Positions 1 to 11,135 of a DNA stretch of 35,001 nucleotides are shown here, in pieces. The translations under genes and the position numbers were made by a program. The stretch is from assembly GCF_001194135.2 (NCBI RefSeq), contig NC_068981.1, forward strand, positions 144,322,820 to 144,357,820, read 5' to 3'. Under the pieces are notes generated by a model, which was given only the letters and a program-made list of their open reading frames with translations, was not told where the DNA came from and did not search any database. This DNA comes from Octopus bimaculoides. Its lineage: Eukaryota. Every line of letters begins with the position of its first letter. The first letter of the stretch is position 1.

Positions 1-22
1 ATATATATGATAATACATATAA

Positions 23-522
23 TACGCAGGCGGGAGAGATATGTAATAATATACATATGGAAAATACTGGAAGGACTGGTGCCAAAACTTTGGCATCAAG
101 TACTACAGGAATGCCCGCACGGGTCGCCTCTGCATGGTGCCAAAGGTACCGTCCACTGCATTTCACATAAGAACAAGATACTGCGGCAGCCTGGGTTTCA
201 GCGGACCTCAGCTCTTCAATGCCCTGCCAAAACATTTGAGAGACCTGCAAGACACGGATGTAGAGGTCTTTAAGACGAAACTCGACGCTTTCTTCTCCAC
301 GATACCAATGGCTTGAAATAAGACACAGTTTAGGGCAGCGATGTCAAATTCCCTTATACACCAGATGTGGCGTCAAAACTCTTGATTGGACTATATCAGG
401 TGCAGGAGAAGAGCCATGCAAGGAACGTGAAGAGAGCAAAGCATAAAGACAGAAAATCACGGTGGTGCGCCAGCATGACCACAGCCACTTGGCTGAAACC
501 CATAAATAAATAAATAAATAAA
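23..522 (+). mobile_element. 3' end of a CR1/L2-like (Jockey-superfamily) non-LTR retrotransposon: RT C-terminus, 3' UTR and (TAAA)n tail
   Basis: Frameshifted translation RRRERYVIIYIWKILEGLVP..LGFSGPQLFNALPKHLRDLQDTDVEVFKTKLDAFFSTIP is typical of the CR1/L2 ORF2 C-terminus; ends in a TAAA repeat at ~502-522. Confidence 0.85.
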
Positions 523-529
523 TATAATA

Positions 530-562
<33 letters not shown>

Positions 563-950
563 NNNNNNNNNNNNNNNNNNNNNNNNNNNNNNNNNNNNNN
601 NNNNNNNNNNNNNNNNNNNNNNNNNNNNNNNNNNNNNNNNNNNNNNNNNNNNNNNNNNNNNNNNNNNNNNNNNNNNNNNNNNNNNNNNNNNNNNNNNNNN
701 NNNNNNNNNNNNNNNNNNNNNNNNNNNNNNNNNNNNNNNNNNNNNNNNNNNNNNNNNNNNNNNNNNNNNNNNNNNNNNNNNNNNNNNNNNNNNNNNNNNN
801 NNNNNNNNNNNNNNNNNNNNNNNNNNNNNNNNNNNNNNNNNNNNNNNNNNNNNNNNNNNNNNNNNNNNNNNNNNNNNNNNNNNNNNNNNNNNNNNNNNNN
901 NNNNNNNNNNNNNNNNNNNNNNNNNNNNNNNNNNNNNNNNNNNNNNNNNN
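563..950. other. Assembly gap (N run) preceded by (TA)n
   Basis: Run of N. Confidence 1.
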
Positions 951-1410
951 TTGGTGTAGCTTTCAATGCCAAAATTTGGCACAATTCCTTCCAGGATCTT
1001 CCAGATGTATATTACTGCATACCTCTCCCGCCTTCTCTCCAGGGAGTAGAGTCTTAGTTGTTTCAGCCTTTCCCAGTAGCTGAGCAGTTGCAAAGAGACA
1101 ATCTTCTTTGTGAATCTTCTCTGGATTGCTTCAAGGTCTGCTGTTAATTTCACACTGCTGGGTGACCACAGCCCTGAGCAGTAATTCAGGCGGCTGAGGA
1201 CGAATGTCCTCCAGAAGATCATCATGGTTTCCTTATCTTTGGTTCTGAATGTTCTCAGGATCCATCCAGCCAATCGTCTGCACTTTGTTGCCATTCTGGT
1301 AATGTGCACTTGGAAAGAGGCATCATCATTCATGTCGATACCCAGGTCTCTCACTGATTTAGGCTCTGGGATTGAAATTCCCTCAGTGTACTCTGTAAGT
1401 TTCATATTCA
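951..1410 (-). mobile_element. 5'-truncated CR1/L2-like LINE, RT C-terminal region; its 3' end runs into the gap
   Basis: Open frame SVRDLGIDMNDDASFQVHITRMATKCRRLAGWILRTF..VLSRLNYCSGLWSP..LEAIQRRFTK..SYWERLKQLRLYSLERRRERY; same family as 23-522. Confidence 0.85.
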
Positions 1411-2853
1411 TAATGTATATATATATAGTGTACAAGTGGATGATGGTAAAATCAACAAAAAAGTGCTCCATCTGATTAGAGATATATATATTTAATATAC
1501 ACAATATATGTTTTGAAATGCTACTGTGAGTTTCATGTGTTGAGAGCATGCCAGACAGTATTTTTTAACACGTCTGGTATCCTAGCACAATTTTTAGACC
1601 CTGCCCACATGACATAAGAAACTAAAATTGGGGCGCTATATGTACATATACTACTACCTGAAACGTTTGCCCATTAAGACAGTCATAAATACTCTAAACG
1701 TCTCCCTTCCCAGAAGAGCTCAAATTCTTAAAAAAGTTGCTCTTATCTAAGACCTTTTAGGAAGGCTTACAAAGTTAACTTGAAAGAAAAATAACAAGAA
1801 AAATACAGGTTATTAAACCCAAAATATTTAAACCAACGAGTTAGAAACGTGTTTCATCAAGCAGACATACGATTGAAGGTATTCCAACTATAACTGTCTT
1901 GTCTTATCTTATTTGCATGGAAATTGGGATCACTTTATCGGACATGTTTCTGCTTAAGTTTGCCAAGGGAGATCTGGCGGATATTTGGCTGTTATTTCTC
2001 GCAGGTTAAGCGATCACATAGAGTATGCCTCTTTGCTAATAAGTGCCAACAGATAATAATCATCATTATTATTCTTTCTAGAGGCAATAGATCGAAAATG
2101 GTAGAGCAACAGGAAAAATGCCTTGTGGTATTTAGTTGCATACTTTTGTTTCTGTGTAAGCTGACAAGCTGGTAGGATCATTAAAGCGTGGAGCAAAATG
2201 TATAACGCTACCTCTGGCTCTTTATATGTTCTAAGTTCAAGTTACACTAAAGTGAACTTGGCTTAGCAACTTTGTGGGGTTGATAAACTAAAGTATCATT
2301 CTAGGGCAGTGGATTATCAGAATTACAAGAATTTGGGGAAAAATGTTGGCGGTCTGACTGTTCACGATTTAAGCACCCCGGCAACGATAACAAACTTGTG
2401 CATATCTCGTTGTCATGTAAGGAAGTAAAAAAGTGAAGCATAAAGGAAGGCATTCGTCAAGAAAGTCTCCAAGATTCTTTCATTGACCTGATGACTGGAA
2501 GAAGAGGAAACGTTCCATTTCAAGACCAATTAGAGGTAAATTTATTTTTCAATATTATAATTTCGGTAAAATAAGTAGCAGATAACTACTACTTCGATCT
2601 AATCGGCCGATCGGTTCTATGCCTTCGTTAGAAATCTTTATGGTTCTTCCAAGAGCAATGGCTTCGAGAATCGGAAGGGCATCAGAAAAAAAGTTAATTG
2701 GTATTTATGGTGTTTTAGTTATTACTTTATGTGACCCCACGTCAACATAAACAATAGATGCCCCGCCCCGCTACCCTGCCATTCTTACCAGTGAGTTTTA
2801 CGAAAGGTGGAAACAGTGGCAATATTGTCGTTTTTTAAGATGACAGTTTAGTT

Positions 2854-4670
2854 CAGTGGTTCCCAACTTGAGGTCAACGGACTCGTGGTGGTCCACAAAG
2901 ATAGTACTGGGTGTCTGTGAATTAAATTGAAAATTTCATATATATATATGTTGGCTTGGCGATAACTATTAATATCCAGTATCGTTGCCGAAGTATCTTT
3001 TAGAGAGACTTAGAAATATTAATATTTCTATTTTTGAAAACCAGTGGATGTATTCCACTGAATTTAGGTAAATAATCCTTCGTACAGACGGTGCGTAGTG
3101 ACGCCTGCTGGGTTCGTCTATTATTCCGTGTTATCATTCTGCTGCTACATTTAGTGAGTTATCCTCTTTATTTATTGTTATTTTACGTTGGTGGTTGTTG
3201 TTGGACTTGAATGCCGTGTTTACGTTATTTTTCGCCCTGCGGGGCGGAAAAATTGTTTTTTTTCATCTGTGCTCATTTTGTGAGGAGATAAATATTTATG
3301 AACTGTTTTTCTGTTAAAGAAAATTTGATTTTTTGAACTGTTTTCCCGTTAAGAGGAAAATAATCTTTGTCACAAGACTTCCTTTTGTGTGTGAACAATG
3401 GAGGACGACATGGTGTCACGCCTCAACTTTTTGCTGTGCAACGTGGACTTCCCGCTTTTGCAGGAAGAAAATAACCACACAGAACAGGTTAATTAAGTCA
3501 ACCAAGAAGGAAATAAGGACGAGAAAAAGGCAAATAGTTTCTCTGGCGCCGTTGGCAGACAGTTCCAAGATATTGAAGTTTCGAAAGAACATTTATTCAA
3601 ATATAGGAATTTAATTAAAAGAACTGACAATGAAACAAGGTTAACTCCACCAAAAGAAATAATACAAAATCTAGCTGTGAGAACTGTTATATATAAAGTA
3701 TATCACACAAAAGAGAAGAGAATTATGATGATGAAGACTGACGCAGTTGAAAAGTGTCTCGCCCCCATTTAGGAAAAAATAAAATATGTAGGAAAAGGTC
3801 CTTGCAACGCTACAATAGAGGCGCAATTTGAAAGCGCCGAAGTTGCCAAAGAAATATCCACACTGACGTTGAAAACGGATGAAATTATGTTATTACCCAC
3901 GTACCTCGGCCAGAGAAGCGCAAAGATTATAATAGAGGAGATTCCAGCCGTATACGATGTGTACTGGATGGCAGCAGCTTTAATCTACGATGCGGAAGAA
4001 GAAATTAATATTCTCTCCATGAAAAAAGAGAGGCACTCAATTGGAAGGGGCAGATCCTGGAATTATTAGTCAAGCCTCTAATGAGACCCTCGAATCCAGA
4101 CCAGACAGGATTTTTATAGGGGAGGGACTCAGTGCAAGAGTGTCGGTGGAGGGACGGCGGCCCAGATGTTTTAAATGTAGTGAGAAGGCTCACGTCCGCT
4201 CCGAATGCGAGAAAGTTAAAAAACGACACAGAAGAAAACAGAGGTCCCTCCCCAAGAGGAGAAAGACTCGCAGGAAAAAGCCCAACAGAAAACAGAGAAA
4301 CTGCTAAAACCGGGAAAAGTCAAGAGAGAGAGAAACCAAAAGAAGATATAACGGAAAAAGAAAAAGAGAATGTAACAACAGAAGAAGGAATGGACTATAC
4401 GGTACTGACTGATAAAAGGAAAAAAAACCCTTGGCCCTGACTCCCCTCCTCTTACAAAAAAAAAGAAACGAAAAGAAACGTTGCAAAACACATAAAATAC
4501 ACCCGTCCACTTCCAAATCGAAACCCACCCCTAACCTTCCACATAAACTCATACATGATGAAAAAATTGTCCTATAACTACCGTCTCGGCTATAACCTTG
4601 GAACCCTAGTAATCCGTTACAGCACTTTCTTTTAATCGTTTACATCACCTGTGAACTAAACCCCATACTT

Positions 4671-4716
<46 letters not shown>

Positions 4717-4802
4717 AGGATAGCCATATTATAAGGTTTCCGTGGGAAAACCCATTTAAATAAAAAGATTGTGAACCACTGTGAAAAGGTTGGGAACCAG
4801 TG
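2854..4802. mobile_element. Non-autonomous hAT (Charlie/Buster-like) element, interrupted by a ~1.7 kb internal insertion
   Basis: TIRs CAGTGGTTCCCAAC (2854-2867) and GTTGGGAACCAGTG (4789-4802) are 13/14 complementary; identical 8-bp TSD GTTTAGTT at 2846-2853 and 4803-4810. Confidence 0.8.
3398..4653 (+). pseudogene. Decayed L1/Tx1-type ORF1 (gag-like, CCHC zinc knuckle), copy 1, with probable 5' UTR from ~3134; no ORF2 seen
   Basis: ATG at 3398; stops and frameshifts; ATIEAQFESAEVAKEISTLTLKTDEIMLLPTYLGQRSAKIIIEEIP and VSVEGRRPRCFKCSEKAHVRSEC (CX2CX4HX4C at 4167-4208). Confidence 0.75.
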
Positions 4803-4990
4803 GTTTAGTTTTTCTATCAACTGATTTATTTAATCTTTAAATTAACATGTAACTAGTTGAATATACCACAGACACGTCTGCTTATAGCATAATTTTCATG
4901 CTGAATGAGCGATGCACAATATGTTATAATGCTGTGCCTTTGAATAAGAAATAAAATCCATCTGATGGGATTCCACGCAGTTTCCATTGA

Positions 4991-5430
4991 CATCGTTCGT
5001 TCGTCTATCGTTGTCAAAAATGACCGTGGACATCGCATGGGAGAAGACGGAGCATGATGTGTCTGCTTTGTCCGATCAGTCCGATGTAAGCAGAAGACTC
5101 TGCTGCAGGTCTGGCACTGGTTGTCTGTAGGGATTGAAGCCAAAGAATTGGCTCTGGACATAGGCAGTTTGACGTTTTCTTAGTTCCCCTGCGACCCTGT
5201 TCTATTCGTAGGAAGTGACACCTCGGCTGGTGCAGCTTCACCAAGACAGAGCGGACTTGTGCTTGTGTTTCCCAGGAAACAGGGTTGATCTCAAAAACTC
5301 TTCAATGAGGCTTTAAATGTGTCCCTAAAGCACTTTTCTGTTCACCTTGCGAACGCTTGCCTTCCGCCAATTCGATGTAGAACAGTCTCTTGTAGATAGG
5401 CATGCCCGACGCACGCCCATCTACATTATT
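4991..5430 (-). mobile_element. 3' end of an RTE/BovB-like LINE
   Basis: Joined frames give KRLFYIELAEGKRSQGEQK..FRDTFKASLKSF.INPVSWETQAQVRSV.. and the terminal C2H2-like CQTCSRVF..AYIGLIGQSRH; ends in an RTE-like GACGAACGAACG tail. Confidence 0.8.
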
Positions 5431-5480
5431 TCACTAACAAGGCTCGGGTCGAATCGAGGTTAAGGTAAAAAAAATTTTAA

Positions 5481-5572
5481 AAACAATTGCTCAAGATGCC
5501 ACGCAATGGGATTGAACTCTGACCCACATTATTGTTAAACGAACCTCAGAACCACTCGGCTATGCCTTCGTC
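5481..5572 (-). mobile_element. Degraded tRNA-derived SINE head (family A)
   Basis: Reverse complement GGCATAGCCGAGTGG..GAGTTCAATCCCATTGCGTGGCATCTTGAGCAA matches the head of the 27143 SINE. Confidence 0.6.
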
Positions 5573-6229
5573 TCAAATTGTCTAACACTAACTAGCTTAA
5601 GCAGTAACAGGGAAAAGCCATTTAGTTTATGGTGATAGGGTAATCCAGAGGTTTGAGTGCAGCACTTCGAATTCCCTTTTGTGGTTTCTCCGTTAATTTT
5701 GGTATTATCGTTATTTTTCATTTTATTATTATTATTTTTATAATCCATTGTTTTATTATTATTTTTCTTAATCGCTGATTTCCCCTTCTCGTTTATGTAA
5801 CCCACCCCTTCTGATTTTTCTATTTTATACTTGTTTTGTATCCATTATTAAACTGGCACTCACGTTATAGTACACGCTCAACCGCTGTGAAAAATAGGTA
5901 AATAGTAGCAAAATCCTTACGAACTTTGCGGCTTATTAAATTACTAGTAAGCATGAATACATACTAATAACGATAAGCAACTTTGCATAAATTGGGTTGA
6001 ATAAAGAGAAACATGTTAAAGGCAAAAAAGCTCGAAAGGTTTTAGTCATTGCTTCACATCTTTACTACACTTGAGGAAATATAGACTCTTTCTGTGCTTA
6101 ATCCTTGGGGGAACTTTATTGAATTTAAACCTGAGAATGCTCCTTTGTCATTCCTGGGTCGTTTGCTACCATAAAAATCTACATGGACAGAAGCGATCAC
6201 AATTATGTCAGAAACACGTTAGTCAATTT

Positions 6230-6751
6230 GCTGTTGAAAAATAGGGCTTTGTGCAAAGAAATGATATCGCAATACTTCAAAGACATTGTTTAATCAGGGA
6301 ATACTGAAGACGTTCACATTGGCAGTTTAGTTGTGGTACAAAGGCCATTATTGACGGAAAAATGTGCCCATAATTGTTCCCCAAAAGCAAATGTTTTTGT
6401 CATTTTCCGTTGGCAGATAGGGTTTTGTGCATCACAAATGCATTCATAATACTCCTTGTATATTGCCGTATTTTTTGACACCGAAAACATTAAAATTTGC
6501 AACGCAGATTAGAAACAAATCCAAATATTGCCCGAAAATGACCGCAAAATTATACGACCTGACCTCATTTTCGAGGTTATTTTTGTAGTGAAAAATAGGT
6601 TTTGTGCAAAAAAACATACTTCATTTGGTAGCCGAAAGATTACTGAATCTTTTGATACCTCATACGTCAAAATCGGCAACTCTGTTTTCGAATCCATAAC
6701 GAACATATGCACCACACACAGACACATAAACTCTCTTTTATAGATATAGAT
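6230..6751 (+). mobile_element. Probable Helitron-like non-autonomous element (HINE/DINE-1 type) 3' portion
   Basis: Three ~180-bp-spaced copies of AATAGGGTTTTGTGCA-like core (~6236, ~6413, ~6590) and terminus CAGACACATAAACTCTCTTTTATAGATATAGAT; family assignment from recall. Confidence 0.4.
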
Positions 6752-7427
6752 GTGTGTATGTGTGTGTGTGTGATTTGTTGTGTATTTCACGATACATTTC
6801 AGGTGATAATTTTTGTGATTAGGCCAGGATCAGCTCTAGTTGAGGTAACCTATGATCAAAATATTTTCAGTCGTTATCATTGTACGTGCAAGAAACCTAG
6901 GATCACGTCGTAATAATAATTTTATTGGTTCATATATCAAGAAACATTTTTATTACCTTACTAAGAATCAGATTTGTCTTGGTGATCTTAATCGTTTAGA
7001 AGAAACAGTTCAAAGTTGACTATTTTGATGAAAGAAATGTTTTATGACATTTTCACAGCCATTAATATACTAATCTATTATCTTTTATAATTTTCTCTCG
7101 ACAGTTATTCTCTGTTTTGCAATTCGTTGATGATCTTTCAAAAGCGAATATCTATTATTCAAATAGTTTCCAATGATTAAAAACAAATATTTCTCTAATT
7201 TTGTAACTATTTGAGTAACTCTTATTTCTCGACATTCTGGCTTGTTTTCGTACATTATAGATTCGTAATTTTAGAAATAAATTTCCTATCTAATTCTTTC
7301 AAATCCTCTTAAAAGCCAAGGAAAAGTGCCTTGTGATAAGTTAAATTAATAAAAATAGAACTACGCCGTTATAAAAGACACCAATCAGAGACTGGCCCAC
7401 TGTTAAACTGTATGAAACATTGATACA

Positions 7428-7473
7428 AATAATAATAATAATAATGATAATAATAATAATAATAATAATAATA
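7428..7473. repeat. (AAT)n microsatellite
   Basis: Direct reading. Confidence 0.95.
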
Positions 7474-8148
7474 GTCAAGACGAAGAGCGCGATTCGATTG
7501 TATAGATATTTTATTAGTTGAACAATATTTCAACAGTACGTCTGTCTTTGTCAAGTTCAAAATAAGAGGTGATTAAAAATTCAAAATTACAGAAATTTAA
7601 ACGTAAAGTATGAACGAGAGCAACCAGCGTCCATACGTTGATGGAATGACATCATCATTTTTAAAGTTTTATAACTAGCAGAAAGAAAGAAAAAAAATAG
7701 GAAAAGGAAGACGACAGAAAAACAAAGGAAAGAAAAAGAGAGAAAGAAGAATATTCAATCAAACAGTTTCACTTCTCAGAATGTATGAGGAGAAATATGT
7801 TTGCAGGTTATTAACACCAGGCCCTGGAGGAATGAATAAGAGGACAGGAGAATATCATCAAATTTATACAAAATTGTTTGATTGAATATTCTTCTTTCTC
7901 TCTTTTCTTTCCTTTTTCTATTTTTTCTTTCTTTCTTTCTGCCAGTTATAAAACTTAAAAACTGACGATGACATTCCATCAACGTGTGGACGTTGGTTGC
8001 TCTCGTTCATACTTTACGTTTAAATTTCTGTAATTTTGAATTCTTATCAATTCTTATTTTGAACTTGACAATGACAGACGTACTGCTAAAATATCGTTCA
8101 ACTAATAAAATATCTTACAATCGAATCGCGCTCTTCGTCTTGACTATT
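7470..8148 (+). mobile_element. Foldback element: ~300/278-bp inverted arms around a 101-bp loop; probable Penelope-like 3' fragment with inverted pseudo-LTR
   Basis: 7470-7769 is the diverged reverse complement of 7871-8148; loop plus start of right arm reads LLRMYEEKYVCRLLTPGPGGMNKRTGEYHQIYTKLFD*, resembling a PLE GIY-YIG C-terminus. The inverted repeat is certain; the PLE identity is inferred. Confidence 0.65.
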
Positions 8149-8188
8149 TACCTTCGTGAAGAGTTACGTCAATCCTTTTTAAAATATA

Positions 8189-9001
8189 NNNNNNNNNNNN
8201 NNNNNNNNNNNNNNNNNNNNNNNNNNNNNNNNNNNNNNNNNNNNNNNNNNNNNNNNNNNNNNNNNNNNNNNNNNNNNNNNNNNNNNNNNNNNNNNNNNNN
8301 NNNNNNNNNNNNNNNNNNNNNNNNNNNNNNNNNNNNNNNNNNNNNNNNNNNNNNNNNNNNNNNNNNNNNNNNNNNNNNNNNNNNNNNNNNNNNNNNNNNN
8401 NNNNNNNNNNNNNNNNNNNNNNNNNNNNNNNNNNNNNNNNNNNNNNNNNNNNNNNNNNNNNNNNNNNNNNNNNNNNNNNNNNNNNNNNNNNNNNNNNNNN
8501 NNNNNNNNNNNNNNNNNNNNNNNNNNNNNNNNNNNNNNNNNNNNNNNNNNNNNNNNNNNNNNNNNNNNNNNNNNNNNNNNNNNNNNNNNNNNNNNNNNNN
8601 NNNNNNNNNNNNNNNNNNNNNNNNNNNNNNNNNNNNNNNNNNNNNNNNNNNNNNNNNNNNNNNNNNNNNNNNNNNNNNNNNNNNNNNNNNNNNNNNNNNN
8701 NNNNNNNNNNNNNNNNNNNNNNNNNNNNNNNNNNNNNNNNNNNNNNNNNNNNNNNNNNNNNNNNNNNNNNNNNNNNNNNNNNNNNNNNNNNNNNNNNNNN
8801 NNNNNNNNNNNNNNNNNNNNNNNNNNNNNNNNNNNNNNNNNNNNNNNNNNNNNNNNNNNNNNNNNNNNNNNNNNNNNNNNNNNNNNNNNNNNNNNNNNNN
8901 NNNNNNNNNNNNNNNNNNNNNNNNNNNNNNNNNNNNNNNNNNNNNNNNNNNNNNNNNNNNNNNNNNNNNNNNNNNNNNNNNNNNNNNNNNNNNNNNNNNN
9001 N
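8189..9001. other. Assembly gap (N run)
   Basis: Run of N followed by (TA)n. Confidence 1.
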
Positions 9002-9036
<35 letters not shown>

Positions 9037-10440
9037 GCAAAATCTTGAAACTTAAAATACGAAAACAAATAAATATCAGAATCTCCATCATCTTGACATT
9101 TTGCCAAGACATACGTCTAAATTGAAGACTTCAAGAAACGGTTTACGTCAACTCTTTTACGCTTGCATGTTGCTTTATTGTTACACCATTGTAATGGGGA
9201 GTCATCTTTCTATGAGCGAAGCAAAATGCTTTGTTAAGTTATATCTATCGTATAACTTAATTTCTGAACACACTTTTATGTCCCTCAGACAAAGAAGTAC
9301 TGTCTGAACAAAGTCAGATTTTTGCCGCTGCAGGGTCTATCATTGCGATGCTTCATACATAGAGAAATGATTTTTCCCCCCTACTTTCTGACAATGCGAA
9401 TTTGGAATCTATAATGATTCAATTGTATTCTTTTACAGTGTCGATAAAAGTAAAACGAAATAAAAAAAAAGTGAAGAAAAAGTTTATCTCTCTTTCCACA
9501 GAAACACACGTACGCGCGCGCGCTCTCACATATACATATGTATTTATTTGTATGTGGGCGGATGTGTATTAGCATAATTATGGTCAAGGATAATTTAATT
9601 CATCTAACATTCGTCCTATTGTGGCAGTTAATAGCGAAGGCTAGAATGAAAGCGATAAGAGAAAGTTATGAACGAGAAGTCGAATAACGATTGCTATCTA
9701 CCGCCAGACAAAATTTCTCATTCATAAATATAAAGTCAGCCGAATATTACCTACAACAATTATATTTGTCTGTCGTATATTGTTATAGAAATCATACGAG
9801 TTTAGAAATATATTTCAGTGAATAGCTATATAAATTTTGTGTTTCCATTATCTTTATTTCGCACGTATGTTATATGTAATCACTTGATTTTAAATATACG
9901 TTCTGTGTGATAAGTGTTTCAGAAACTTAATAACTATCGTGACTACATATGTGCGACAACCATGCTTCTAATTGAGAAGTTATGATGTTATATATTTACA
10001 TATAAACGAAGAACAATTTATGTTATCCGATAAGTAAAATACGTTGTCTGTTTTAATGTATGAATTGATCTACCTATTACTGCTCTAAGAATGAACACCA
10101 AGCAGTGAAGCTGCATCAGTTGGGCTAAATATATCATATTAAAGAACATTAACTATATTATTATCGAAATGCGAGTCTAAAATCTGTAGATGTTACGTAA
10201 CTAAAAACATTGGCATTCTAAAATGCAAACACATTAACATGCTTTATAGGTTTAAATAAAATAATTTTGTATTTCAAATTGTATAGAGGTAAACTGGATT
10301 ATTTTCTCAAAGTTATAAATGTTTTAAAGTGATACATGAAAGCTGTTCAGACTCTCTGAGTGCGGATAACTATTGGCAAATGGACGAAACCCTTTAGTTA
10401 CGAGGAAACAATTCGGTTTAAGCCCTCATATAAATATATC

Positions 10441-10593
10441 GGCGTAGGTATAGCTCTGTGATTAAGAGGTTTCTTTCGAAATTATCTGGTTTCGGGTTCA
10501 ATCCTGCGGCACGGCACTCGGTATTTTAGCTCAAACCGACCACTACTTTGTGACTGAATCTAGTAACGGAAACTATACAGAAACCTATCGTGT

Positions 10594-10651
<58 letters not shown>

Positions 10652-10674
10652 GTTTATGTATATATACATAATAC

Positions 10675-10706
<32 letters not shown>

Positions 10707-11135
10707 ATGTATATATACATAATACATATATATGTATGTATGTATATGTATATATACATAATACATATATATGTATGTATGTATATGTATATATACATAA
10801 TACATATATATGTATGTATGTATATATGTATATATACATAATACATATATATGTATGTATGTATATGTATATATACATAATACATGTACATGTATGTTAC
10901 TACATGTGTGTGCGTGTGTCTACGTGTTTGTCTCTCACTGTATGAATATCAGTGTTGGTTTGTTTATGTCACCGTAACATCGTGGTTCGGGAAAAAAGGG
11001 ACCGATAGAATAAGTATGACTTTAAATTCGAGTATATACTGGGGTTTCATTTCCTCAATTAAAGCCTTCAGGTCAATGTGTCTCGCCCAACACTAGTCGC
11101 CGTCCTTTGACTGAAAATACTAAAAGAGTAAAAGA
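10441..11135 (+). mobile_element. Old family A SINE (tRNA head, central microsatellite, conserved tail) with expanded middle
   Basis: Head GGCGTAGGTATAGCTCTGTG..GGGTTCAATCC; tail CGTAACATCGTGGTTCGG..ACCGATAGAATAAGTA..GACTGAAAATACTAAAAGAGTAAAAGA is homologous to 27143-27661. Confidence 0.7.
10640..10886. repeat. Minisatellite, six copies of a ~39-bp unit (ATGTATGTATGTATATGTATATATACATAATACATATAT)
   Basis: CATAATACAT anchor at 10667, 10718, 10757, 10796, 10837, 10876. Confidence 0.9.

Noticed and set aside
23-1410. Tail-to-tail CR1/L2 copies as an inverted duplication
   Set aside because: The overlapping segments are clearly diverged (roughly three-quarters identical by eye), so they are independent insertions; the gap hides the junction.
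344-1549. Long ORFs of 175-401 aa here and at 7984-9112
   Set aside because: They are open only because they run through N gaps and (TA)n; the real coding part is the LINE fragment.
1985-2023. Short dispersed motif GGCTGYTATTTCTMGCA, also at ~13091-13140 and ~29955-29972 (minus)
   Set aside because: Probably remnants of another old repeat family; too short to delimit or classify.
10526-10945. IY/HT/VC-rich ORFs (also 12607-12890, 27238-27533, 30708-31022) and a CRISPR-like appearance of the array
   Set aside because: These are translations of micro- and minisatellites; there are no unique spacers and no cas genes.
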